This document shows, in pieces, positions 35,966 to 47,760 of a stretch of DNA of 64,000 bases; the first letter of the stretch is position 1, and the number at the start of each line of letters is the position of its first letter. The notes beneath the pieces were generated by a model. It was given only the letters and a program-made list of their open reading frames with translations, was not told where the DNA came from and did no database searches. Origin of the DNA: Scyliorhinus canicula (taxonomy: Eukaryota); the NCBI RefSeq assembly GCF_902713615.1, contig NC_052175.1, positions 7,457,941 to 7,521,940 on the forward strand, read 5' to 3'. The translations under genes and the position numbers were made by a program.

Positions 35966-38961
35966 ATAGTTTAAACTAATTCAGCAGGGGCATGGGAACC
36001 TGGATTGTAGTTTTGGGGTGCGAGAGATTGAGAGTAGAGAGGTCAGGAGCACAGTTTTGACTTCGCAGGAGGGCGGCAGTGTTCAGGTCTGTGGTTTGAA
36101 GTGTGTCTATTTCAATGCCAGGAGTATACGAAATAAGGTAGGGGAACTGGCAGCATGGGTTGGTACCTGGGACTTCGATGTTGTGGCCATTTCAGAGACA
36201 TGGATAGAGCAGGGACAGGAATGGTTGTTGCAGGTTCCGGGGTTTAGGTGCTTTAGTAAGGTCAGAGAAGGGGGCAAAAGAGGGGGAGGTGTGGCGCTGC
36301 TAGTCAAGGACAGTATTACGGTGGTAGAAAGGATGCAAGATGGGGACTCTTCTTCCGAGGTAGTATGGGCTGAGGTTAGAAACAGGAAAGGAGAGGTCAC
36401 CCTGTTGGGAGTTTTCTATAGGCCACCTAATAGTTCTAGAGATGTAGAGGAAAGGATGGCGAAGATGATTCTGGAAAAGAGCGAAAGTAACAGGGTAGTT
36501 GTTATGGGAGACTTTAACTTTCCAAATATTGACTGGAAAAGATATAGTTCGAGTACATTGGATGGGTCGTTCTTTGTACAATGTGTGCAGGAGGGTTTTC
36601 TGACACAATATGTTGACAGGCCAACAAGAGGTGAGGCCACTTTGGATTTGGTTTTGGGTAATGAACCAGGCCAGGTGTTAGATCTGGAGGTAGGTGAACA
36701 CTTTGGAGACAGTGACCACAATTCGGTGACCTTTACGTTAGTGATGGAAAGGGATAAGTATACCCCGCAGAGCAAGAGTTATAGCTGGGGGAAGGGCAAT
36801 TATGATGCCATTAGACATGACTTAGAATGTGTTGGTTGGAGAAGTAGGCTGCAAGGGTTGGGCACACTGGATATGTGGAGCTTGTTCAAGGAACAGCTAT
36901 TGCATGTTCTTGATAAGTACGTACCAGTCAGGCAGGGAGGAAGGGGTCGAGCGAGGGAACCGTGGTTTACCAAAGAAGTGGAATCTCTTGTTAAGAGGAA
37001 GAAGGAGGCCTATGTGAAGATGAGGCGTGAAGTTTCAGTTGGGGCGCTTGATAGTTACAAGGAAGCGAGGAAGGATCTAAAGAGAGAGCTGAGACGAGCA
37101 AGGAGGGGACATGAGAAGTCTTTGGCAGGTAGGATCAAGGAAAACCCAAAAGCTTTCTATAGGTATGTCAGGAATAAAAGAATGACTAGGGTAAGAGTAG
37201 GGCCAGTCAAGGACAGTGGTGGGAAGTTGTGTGTGGAGGCTGAGGAGATAAGCGAGATACTAAATGAATACTTTTCGTCAGTATTCACTCAAGAAAAAGA
37301 TAATATTGTGGAGGAGAATGCTGAGACCCAGGCTATTAGAATAGATGGCATTGAGGTGCGTAGGGAAGAAGTGTTGGCAATTCTGGACAAGGTGAAAATA
37401 GATAAGTCCCCGGGGCCGGATGGGATTTATCCTAGGATTCTCTGGGAAGCCAGGGAAGAGATTGCTGAGCCTTTGGCTTTGATTTTTAGGTCATCATTGG
37501 CTACAGGAATAGTGCCAGAGGACTGGAGGATAGCAAATGTGGTCCCTTTGTTCAAGAAGGGGAGTAGAGATAACCCCGGTAACTATAGGCCGGTGAGCCT
37601 AACGTCTGTGGTGGGTAAAGTCTTGGAGAGGATTATAAAAGATACGATTTATAATCATCTAGATAGGAATAATATGATTAGGGATAGTCAGCATGGTTTT
37701 GTGAAGGGTAGGTCATGCCTCACAAACCTTATCGAGTTCTTTGAGAAGGTGACTGAACAGGTAGACGAGGGTAGAGCAGTTGATGTGGTGTATATGGATT
37801 TCAGTAAAGCGTTTGATAAGGTTCCCCACGGTCGGCTATTGCAGAAAATACGGAGGCTGGGGATTGAGGGTGATTTAGAGATGTGGATCAGAAATTGGCT
37901 AGTTGAAAGAAGACAGAGAGTGGTGGTTGATGGGAAATGTTCAGAATGGAGTTCAGTTACGAGTGGCGTACCACAAGGATCTGTTCTGGGGCCGTTGCTG
38001 TTTGTCATTTTTATAAATGACCTAGAGGAGGGCGCAGAAGGATGGGTGAGTAAATTTGCAGACGACACTAAAGTCGGTGGAGTTGTAGACAGTGCGGAAG
38101 GATGTTGCAGGTTACAGAGGGACATAGATAAGCTGCAGAGCTGGGCTGAGAGGTGGCAAATGGAGTTTAATGTGGAGAAGTGTGAGGTGATTCACTTTGG
38201 AAAGAATAACAGGAATGTGGAATATTTGGCTAATGGTAAAATTCTTGGTAGTGTGGATGAGCAGAGGGATCTCGGTGTCCATGTACATAGATCCCTGAAA
38301 GTTGCCACCCAGGTTGATAGGGTTGTGAAGAAGGCCTATGGTGTGTTGGCCTTTATTGGTAGAGGGATTGAGTTCCGGAGCCATGAGGTCATGATGCAGC
38401 TGTACCAAACTCTGGTACGGCCGCATTTGGAGTATTGCGTACAGTTCTGGTCGCCTCATTATAGGAAGGACGTGGAAGCTTTGGAACGGGTGCAGAGGAG
38501 ATTTACCAGGATGTTGCCTGGTATGGAGGGAAAATCTTATGAGGAAAGGCTGATGGACTTGAGGTTGTTTTCGTTAGAGAGAAGAAGGTTAAGAGGTGAC
38601 TTAATAGAGGCATACAAAATGATCAGAGGGTTAGATAGGGTGGACAGCGAGAGCCTTCTCCCGCGGATGGAGGTGGCTAGCACGAGGGGACATAGCCTTA
38701 AATTGAGGGGTAATAGATATAGGACAGAGGTCAGAGGTGGGTTTTTTACGCAAAGAGTGGTGAGGCCGTGGAATGCCCTACCTGCAACAGTAGTGAACTC
38801 GCCAACATTGAGGGCATTTAAAAATTTATTGGATAAGCATATGGATGATAAGGGCATAGTGTAGGTTAGATGGCCTTTAGTTTTTTTTTTTCCATGTCGG
38901 TGCAACATCGAGGGCCGAAGGGCCTGTACTGCGCTGTAGCGTTCTATGTTCTATGTTCTAT
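35966..38961 (+). mobile_element. Young CR1, 5'-truncated at the ORF1 stop, with intact ORF2 and (ttctatg)n tail
   Basis: Uninterrupted 948-codon frame; 3'UTR gggccgaagggcctgtactgcgctgt followed by gttctatgttctatgttctat. Confidence 0.97.
36018..38864 (+). CDS. CR1 ORF2p: APE endonuclease + reverse transcriptase
   Basis: YFNARS, ISETW, GDFN, LDL and SDHN (EN); NYRPVSL, MDFSKAFD, GVPQGSVLGPLLF and KFADD (RT). No in-frame stops. The true start codon is uncertain (GTG in the track). Confidence 0.95.
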   Translation: MREIESREVRSTVLTSQEGGSVQVCGLKCVYFNARSIRNKVGELAAWVGTWDFDVVAISETWIEQGQEWLLQVPGFRCFSKVREGGKRGGGVALLVKDSITVVERMQDGDSSSEVVWAEVRNRKGEVTLLGVFYRPPNSSRDVEERMAKMILEKSESNRVVVMGDFNFPNIDWKRYSSSTLDGSFFVQCVQEGFLTQYVDRPTRGEATLDLVLGNEPGQVLDLEVGEHFGDSDHNSVTFTLVMERDKYTPQSKSYSWGKGNYDAIRHDLECVGWRSRLQGLGTLDMWSLFKEQLLHVLDKYVPVRQGGRGRAREPWFTKEVESLVKRKKEAYVKMRREVSVGALDSYKEARKDLKRELRRARRGHEKSLAGRIKENPKAFYRYVRNKRMTRVRVGPVKDSGGKLCVEAEEISEILNEYFSSVFTQEKDNIVEENAETQAIRIDGIEVRREEVLAILDKVKIDKSPGPDGIYPRILWEAREEIAEPLALIFRSSLATGIVPEDWRIANVVPLFKKGSRDNPGNYRPVSLTSVVGKVLERIIKDTIYNHLDRNNMIRDSQHGFVKGRSCLTNLIEFFEKVTEQVDEGRAVDVVYMDFSKAFDKVPHGRLLQKIRRLGIEGDLEMWIRNWLVERRQRVVVDGKCSEWSSVTSGVPQGSVLGPLLFVIFINDLEEGAEGWVSKFADDTKVGGVVDSAEGCCRLQRDIDKLQSWAERWQMEFNVEKCEVIHFGKNNRNVEYLANGKILGSVDEQRDLGVHVHRSLKVATQVDRVVKKAYGVLAFIGRGIEFRSHEVMMQLYQTLVRPHLEYCVQFWSPHYRKDVEALERVQRRFTRMLPGMEGKSYEERLMDLRLFSLERRRLRGDLIEAYKMIRGLDRVDSESLLPRMEVASTRGHSLKLRGNRYRTEVRGGFFTQRVVRPWNALPATVVNSPTLRAFKNLLDKHMDDKGIV

Positions 38962-39084
38962 AGAGTGGGGATAAAGAGTTTTTTCAGGATGGCAGCCTGA
39001 TGACTGACGGTGTGCTTAGAGGTCTGTGCTGGGACCACAAATTTTCACAATACGCAGTAAGGATCTGGAAGAAGGAACTGAGGG

Positions 39085-39630
39085 CACAAAGAACAAAGAA
39101 CGAAGAAAAGTGCAGCACAGGAACAGGCCCTTCGGCCCTTCATGCTCGTGCCGACCACGCTGCCCCACTAAACTACAATCTTCTACACTTCCTAGGTCCG
39201 TGTCCCTCTATTCCCATCCTATTCGGGTATTTGTCAAGATGCCCCTTAAATGTCATTATCGTCCCTGCTTCCACCACTTCCTCCGGCAGCGAGTTCCAGG
39301 CACCCACAGTCCTCTGTGTAAGAAACTTTCCTCGTACATCTACTCTAAACGTTGCCCCTCGCACCTTAAACCTATGCCCCCTAGTAATTGACCCCTCTAC
39401 TCTGGGGAAAAGCCTCTGACAATCCACTCTGTCTATGCACCTCATAATTTTGCAAACATCTACCATGTCGCCCCACAACCTCCGTCTTTGAAGTGAGAAC
39501 AAACCGAGTTTATTCAACCGCTCCTCATAGCTAATTCCCTCCATACTGCAACATCCTGGTGAATCTCTTCTGCACCCTCTCTAAAGTCTCCACATTCTTC
39601 TCGTACTGTAGCGACCAGATTGAACACTAT
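39085..39630 (-). mobile_element. CR1 3' fragment
   Basis: ORF 39173-39544: YEERLNKLGLFSL..TRGHRFKV..GAWNSLP; tail aaagaacaaagaac. Confidence 0.9.
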
Positions 39631-40009
39631 ACTATTTGTTTTTCAGGACAATTGAGTCGTTTTAAGGTTTATTATAATTATTGCATTTTGCGTACTCATA
39701 GATGTAGCTAAAGCTGAAGATTACTAACTCAAACTAGTTCAAATCCACGCCACTAATACAACCAGAAGAATTTGCAAACGTTTGCTGATCGTTACCTCGC
39801 TCACGTCCTGACCCGCTGATGCCCTCATACACACACAATGTCACTCCCTCACGTCCCCCCATCACTCATCGCATCTCCATTCACTCATGCACTCAGGTCC
39901 TTACCCCGTGAAAATCTCACCCACCCAGCACTTGTGCACGGATCCTATTACTTCTTGACTCCGTCACGTCCCGAACTCCATATATTGAACGAATCACCCT
40001 GCCACATGC

Positions 40010-42035
40010 TTATGTCCTGACACCCTCACATCCTGACGCCCTCACATCCTGACACCCTCACGTCCTGACCGTCTCACATCCTGACACCCTCGCGTCCTGA
40101 CCGTCTCACATCCTGACACCCTCACATCCTGACACCCTCGCGTTCTCATTCCCTCACATCCTGACTGTCACAGGCCGTGGCTCCCTCAAATACGAATACC
40201 CTCACTTCCTTACACCTGCACGCCCTCCTCCCCTCACATCCTGACCAACTCACGTTCACACCTCCTCACGTCCTGACCCCCTCACCTTCCGCCTGACACC
40301 CTGAACCCCTCATATACTGACACCCTTACATGCTGACCACCTCACATCCTGAACCTCTCACATCCTGAACCTCTCACATCCAGGCCCCCTCACATCCTGA
40401 CCCCGTCACATCGTGACGCCCTCAAATCCTGACTCCCTCGCATCCTGACCCCTAACATCCTGACTCACTTTTATCCAGACCCCCTCACATCCTGACAGTC
40501 GCACATCCTGACAGTCTCACACCCTGACGCTCTCACATCCAGAATCCCTCACATCCTGAACCCCTCACATCCTGACAGTCTCACATCCTGAACTCCTCAC
40601 ATCCTGGCCCCCTCACATCCTGACCCCGTCACATCGTGACCCCCACAAATCTTGACTCCCTCGCATCCTGACCCCTCACACCTGACTCCCTCACTTCCTG
40701 ACCCCCTGACATCCATATCCCCTCACATCCTGACCCTCTCACATCCTGACAGTCTCACATCCTGACACCCTCACATACTGACCACCTCATGTTCTCACCT
40801 GCTAACGTCCTGACCCACTCACTTTCTGCCCACCTCACACCCTGACCCACTCACGTCCTGACACCTCACATCCTGACTCCCTCACATCCTGACCCTCTCA
40901 CATCCCGACCCCCTCACATCCTGACCATCTCACATCCTGATCCCCTCACATCCTGACCCCCTCACGTCCTGACCCGCTCACATCCTGGTCGCCTCACACC
41001 CTGACTCCCTGACATCCAGATGCCCTCACTTCCTGACCCTATCACGTCCTGACTCCGGGCATTCTGAACCCCTTACATCCTGACCCCTGACATGCTGACT
41101 CCGTCTCATCAAGACCCTTTACATCCAGACCCCCTCACATTCTGACCCCCATAACATCCTGAATCCCTCACATCCGGAACCCCTAACATCCTGACCATGG
41201 ACATTCTGACTCCGTCACATCCTGACCCCCTCACATGCTGACCCTCGCACGTCCTGAGCCTCTCATATCCTGATGCCCACAGGCATGCTGTCTTACATCC
41301 TGATCCTTCCACTCAGTAATATTCTCACATCGTGACGACCTGACTTCCTGACCTCTGACAAGCTCAGCCCCCCACGCCCTGAGCCTCTCATATCATGACC
41401 CGCTCACATTCGGAACCCCTCACACACTGAACCTCTCACATCCTGACCCTGACTCCCTCACCCTGACTCCCTCACGTCCTGACCCCCTCATGTCCTGACC
41501 CCATCACGTCCTCAACCCCTCACATTCTGACCACCGCCTATCCTGATCCCCTCACATCCTGACCCCCTCACATCCTGACGCCCACATATCCTGACCCCCC
41601 TCAAGTCCTGGCAGTCTCACATCCTGATCCACTCACGTCCAGATGCCCTGACTTCCTGACCCTCTCATGCTCTTCACCCTGACATTCTGGCCCCTTCACA
41701 TCTTGACCCCCTCACAGACTGAGCCTCTCACTTCCTGACCTTCCCACACAACATGACACCTGACATGCTGACCCCATCACACCCTGATCGCCTCAGATCC
41801 AGACCAACACATCCTGACTCCCTCACATCCTGACCCCTGACATGCTGAGTCCCTCACATCCTGAACCACACAACCTGACCCCCGCACAACCTCAACCATT
41901 CACATCCTGACCAGTTCACTTCTTGAACCTCTCACATCCTGGCCCACACACCCTCACCCCCTGACGTCCTCACCCACTCACATCCTGACCCACACACACT
42001 GACCCCCTTACATCCTCACCCCCTCACATCCTGAA
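40010..42035. repeat. ~16-bp degenerate minisatellite (ccctcacatcctgacc)n, array A
   Basis: Over 100 imperfect units with strong C-rich/G-poor asymmetry on the plus strand. Confidence 0.97.
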
Positions 42036-44559
42036 CCGATCCGTGCAATAACCAACACCGTCGGGCGCTGTTTCATTTTAGCTCGTTTGCTGCAGAGCTC
42101 GGTTCAATTTTTTCTTATTTTCTGTTGGACACTGATTCATTTTAGCGTGTTTACTGTAGGACTGTGTTTAATTTTAGCTTGCTAGCTGGAGGGCTCGGTT
42201 TATTTTTACCTTGTTTACTGTTGGGCTCTGTGTAATTTTACCTTGTTTACTGTAGGGCTCATAGCTTGGCATTTTACAAGGAATTTTCTGACACAGTACA
42301 TTCCAACCGATGAAATAATGGTACCAGAAACAATTCGTTCCAGAAAAATGTTTACAATTTCGGGGAAATTCAATGGATAACTTTCAGATACTGATTTAGA
42401 TCCAATATCGGCTAAGGCCAATTTATGTTGCTGAAATGCAATCTAAAGGAGTTGTGTCAAAGTCGGTTTGCAGCAAACCTGGTTGCAGCAGCCGGGAGAA
42501 AGAAATTGAACTAGTTTGTTTATTTCGAATGATTTATAACAAATGATGTGACGGGAAACCCTCTATTTGTCACTTCTGTTCATCGGATCAATTGTCCATC
42601 GATCGGTCAAGTGGGGCAGCACGGCAGCATAGTGGTTAGCACAATTGCTTCACAGCTCCAAGGTCCCAGTTTCGAATCCCGGCTTGAGTCACTGTCTGTG
42701 CGGAGTCTGCACGTTTTCCCCGTGTGTGCGTGGGTTTCATCCAGGTCCTCAATTTCCTCCCACAGTCCATAGATGTACACGTTAGGTGGGTTGGCCATGC
42801 TAAATTGTGTTTAGTGTCCAAAATTGTCCTTAGTGTTTGGTGGGGTTACTGAGTTATAGGGATAGGGCTGGGTTGTGGGCTTGGGAAGGTGTTCTTTCCA
42901 ACAGCCAGTGCAGACTCAATGGGCCGAGTGGCCTCCCTCTGCACTGTAAATTCTATGAAAAACTGTAAATATAGGCAGAGGGTAAAATTGCACTTTTTAA
43001 AGTTTGCTTTGAACTTAACGCGGTATCGTCAGAAACGGCATACCGACTACAGAATGTAAGCAGATCTGTATATCTCTTCTTAACTGACCAAATTGTGTAA
43101 ATTACTATCATAATTCATCTAAACCTAGCAGATTTATTTTGAAAATAGCGTGCTCCATGAAGCTCCATGAAGGCATCCTGGCAATGGACATCAACGAATA
43201 TATTATAACCATTAAAACAAAATCAGCTGCATCTTTTATCCACTTTGACACGATGTCAGTATTTCTGCCAATCCCTAAATTCATTAGCAACACAATTGCC
43301 TACATGAAAGAGTTAGGGAAGCAAGAATGGATATTTCATATCGTAATTAACAAGTAAATATGTTAATTTGTGTGTGGAGCAACACGGTGACCAAAGAGCG
43401 TAATAACAAGTTGTTTATTTGTCTGCTGCACATATAAAAACAATTGTTGTTGAGGACAATTGAATCGTTTTAAGGTTTATTATAATTATTGCATTTCCCG
43501 TATTCATAGGTGTATCTCAAGCTGAAGATTATTAACTCAGACTAGTTCAAATCCACTCAACTAATAGAACCAGAAGAATTTGCTAAAGTTTGCTGGTCTT
43601 GTTGACTTCAATCATTATCATAAAGATCAACTTTACACGATTAAACTCTGAGTGAAATTGCTTCAGTGCTTCCAGTTCCAGGATTTCTTGACAAAACAAA
43701 ATATATAAATCAAAGCAATGAAACGCTTAACTCATTGAAGCACTGGGCAGTTAAAGCAATCACCGTTATCTTCTCTTTTCAGCTTCTCTTTTGTCACGCA
43801 GGAAAATAAATGAAATATATTTCAGATAGCGGCGTGGCTTTGAATATTACCTTCCAGGAGGTAAGACAAAACAATTCGGTATCAAAGAGACTTTATTACA
43901 TACTTTCCACGAGGCACGTTGCTGTGTGCTTTTCTACAATAATCGTCACTCGTACAGCACAACATTGACAAGATGCAGCGGCCTTCCATCTAAGCACCAA
44001 TCGGTGCTTTTGTTATTCAGGTATTTTATTGAAAAACAAGGCAAAATGATTGGCTGGTCTGTTGGAGAACGGCAGAGTTGATTGTTCCTATCCCCGCCAT
44101 TATCGAAGTTCGATTTCCCCCGTACGCTGGCAGTCAGTACAGCATCATGAAGAGAGCATGGCTTTCCCAATGACTGACAAAGACCGAACAAGCACAGGGT
44201 ATCTACCGAGGATCAAACAAAGATATTGGGCAGGATATCGGTGCTTTCACATATGTGCAGAGGGCTATGCATGGACCTAATTGTGGGGTGCTTTTTCGTT
44301 ACTTGAAGAGATGAAAAGGGAATCCTGACCCCCCCCCCCCCCCCCGACCCCCCCCCCCCGCCTCACGTACTGATCTGCTCATGCCATCATACCCACACAA
44401 TGTCACTGCCTCACGCCCCCCGTCACTCATCACATCTCCATTCACTCATCCCCTCAGGTCCTCAGCCCCTCAAAATCTAACCCAGCCAACACTTGTGCAC
44501 GGATCCTATTACTTCTTGAACCCGTCACGCCCCGAACTCCAATTATTAAACCATTCGCC

Positions 44560-46470
44560 CTGCCACATCCTCACGTCCTGATGCTCTCACATTCTGACAC
44601 CCTCACGTCCTGACCCCATCACCCTCGGTCCCTCTCACATCCTGACCCCTCACATTCAGACTCCTTCGCGTCCTGATCGCCTCACGTCCTGACTCCCTCA
44701 CAGCCTGACCCTCTTCCTCACCCTCTCACATCCTGACCCGCTCATCTTGACTACCTCACATCATGACCCCATCACATCATGACCCACACATACTGACCGC
44801 CTCACAACCTGACCCCCTCACATCATGACACCCTCACATCCTGACACCCTCACGTCCTGACCCCTTCACACCCTGACCTCTCACATTCTGACTCTCTCAC
44901 ATCCTGACTCCCTCGCGTCCTGATCGCCTCACGTCCTGATCCCTTCACGTCCTGACCCCCTCACATCCTGACACCCTCACGTCCTGGCCCCCCTCATATG
45001 CTGACCACCTCACATCCTGACACCCTCACATGCTGATGCCCTCACATATCCTGACCCTCTCAAGTCCTGGCAGTTTCACATCCTAATCCACTCACATCCA
45101 GATTCCCCCACATCCTGACCCCCTCACATCCTGACACTCTCACATCCTGACACCCTCATGTCCTGACACCCTCACATCCTGGCCTCTCACCTTCTGACTC
45201 CCTCATATCCTGACCCCCTCACATCCTGACCCCCTCACATCCTGACACCCTCACGTCCTGGCCCCCCTCACATGTTGACCACCTCACATCCTGACTCCCT
45301 CACATCCTGACGCCTACACATCCTGACACCCTCACATCCTGACTCCCTCACATCCTGACCCCCTCACATCCTGACTCCCTCACGTCCTGATCGCCTCACG
45401 TCCGGATCCCCTCAGGTCCTGACACCCTCACATCCTGACACCATCACGTCCTGACCCCCTCACACCCTGACCTCTCACGTCCTGACCCCCTCACATCCTG
45501 ACACCCTCACGTCCTGGCCCCCCTCATATGCTGACCACCTCACATCCTGACACCCTCACATGCTGATGCCCTCACATATCCTGACCCTCTCAAGTACTAG
45601 CAGTCTCACATCCTAATCCACTCACATCCAGATTCCCCCACATCCTGACCCTCACATCCTGACCTCTCACCTTTTGACTCCCTCACACACTGACCCCCTC
45701 ACATTCTGACACCCTCGCATCCTGACTCCCTCACATCCTGACCCCCTCACATCCTGACACTCTCACATTCTGACACCCTCAGGTCCTGACCCCCTCACAT
45801 CCTGACCTCTCACCTTCTGACTCCCTCACATCCTGACCCCCTCACATTCTGACACCCTCGCATCCTGACTCCCTCACATCCTGACCCCCTCACATCCTGA
45901 CACTCTCACATTCTGACACCCTCAGGTCCTGACCCCCTCACATCCTGACCTCTCACCTTCTGACTCCCTCACATCCTGACCCCCTCACATTCTGACACCC
46001 TCGCATCCTGACTCCCTCATATCCTGACCCCCTCACATCCTGACCCCCTCACATCCTGACACCCTCACGTCCTGGCCCCCCTCACATGCTGACTACCTCA
46101 CATCCTGACTCCCTCACATCCTGACACCCTCACATCCTGACTCCCTCACATCCTGACCCCCTCACATCCTGACTCCCTCACGTCCTGATCGCCTCACGTC
46201 CTGATCCCCTCAGGTTCTGACACCCTCACACCCTGACAACCTCACGTCCTGGCCCTCTCACATGCTGATCCCCTCACATATCCTGACCCTCTCAAGCCCT
46301 GGCAGTCTCACATCCTAATCCACTCACATCCAGGTGCCCTCACTTCCTGACCCTCTCACGCTCTTCACCCTACTTTCTGACCCCTTCACATCCTGATCAC
46401 CTCACAGCAAGACCCTCTCACTTCATCACCCTCTCATATGCTGACCCCCTCGCACCCTGACCCCCTCACA
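44560..46470. repeat. ~16-bp degenerate minisatellite (ccctcacatcctgacc)n, array B, with higher-order repeats
   Basis: Same unit as array A. The variant block ctgaccctctcaag..ct.gcagt.tcacatcctaatccactcacatccag recurs at ~45050, 45580 and 46285. Confidence 0.97.
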
Positions 46471-46479
46471 TCCAAATCA

Positions 46480-47760
46480 AAAGTTAACCATAAACATAGA
46501 CCTGAGAAAAGACAGGTCCCCGGTCAGAATATTGGCTGGAATATAAGGAACATAAAACAATTTAAACAAAGGTTAATATGGAAGGGGAATGGAGTACGAT
46601 ATGAACCTAGCCAGAAACAAAAACCAAAAACAGATGTTAAAAGTTTTAATAAATATCTAAAGGGGGAGGTATAAACAAAGTGAGTGTTTTGCCTGCAGAA
46701 ATTGAGCATAAAGAATAGATATGGAAAACATGGAAAACACAGGATTTTACATCAGCCTTCACTGTATAGTATGCAAATTGAATCCATGAAGCAGCAATAA
46801 TATCGGAAATGGGAGAGAGGAAACGGAAAATTACAATCACCAAATAGATTCCACTGATTTAAAGCTGTGAGATTGTCAATGGCCGTCTGCTGATTGGTTT
46901 CGTCCACCTGTTATATGTGTCCAGCGAGATAGTTGATGCCTTGGTTTCAGTTTTCTGAAACCCCTGGACATTGAATAAGGCCCCATTACCTTGTAAGGCA
47001 GCAACCGTCACTCCTTATTCTGACATGGTAGTGAGACAGAAAGCAGGAAACTACAGGCCACTTGTTTTAACATCTGGCGTGGGGAATATGTTAGAAGTTA
47101 TTATTAAAGAACTTATAGCATAACACTGAGATAAATATAGGGACATCATTCAAAGTCAACATGGTTTTGTACAAGAGAAATCAAGTTTAATGAACTTATC
47201 GAAATTATTTGCTGTGAATAAAATGGATTGTATGATACTTCTATTTCTAGAAAGCAACACCACGCAAGTTATTACAGGAAATCAAAATAACAAAACTTAT
47301 GGCCTGGTGCCACATATTGGCAAGGAGAGAAGATTCGCTGGATAACAGGAAAAAGGGACTCGGCGTGAATTGATTTTTTTTCTCAAGTTGTTAAGCTGTA
47401 ACGTTTGGTTGCCAGAGGGAACTGTTCTGGTACCTCGACTGTTCACATTTTAGACAAATGACTCGGATGAAGGGGTTGGAAGGGTGGTTGCCAAAATTAA
47501 TCATAACATAAAGGTATGTAGGAAGGTTCGTTGGCGAATAGAGGCAACCAAAAATAGAGATATGTTAAGTGGGTGGGCAAATATCTGGCAACGGTGAGTA
47601 ATGTGGCGTAAATGTGAATTTGTCCATTTCGGTAGAAAGAATGAAAAAAGAACAAATTCCCGAAATAGTGAGAGATTAAAAAACTCTGAGGTGCAAGCGA
47701 TCTGAGTGTCCCAGTGCATGTATCACAAAAAGGGCTAGTATGCAGGTACAGCAAGTAATC
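46480..47760 (+). mobile_element. Heavily decayed CR1 RT region
   Basis: Remnants such as gcaggaaactacaggcca, catggttttgt..aaatcaagtttaa and tgtgaatttgtccatttcgg. Paralogous to 49250-52230. Confidence 0.7.

Noticed and set aside
24141-38961. The minus-strand CR1 5' half (24141-26960) and the plus-strand ORF2 copy (35966-38961) as two halves of one inverted element
   Set aside because: They overlap over the whole EN region and differ at many residues (ITAVERTLEDSSTEAVW vs ITVVERMQDGDSSSEVVW), so they are separate insertions.
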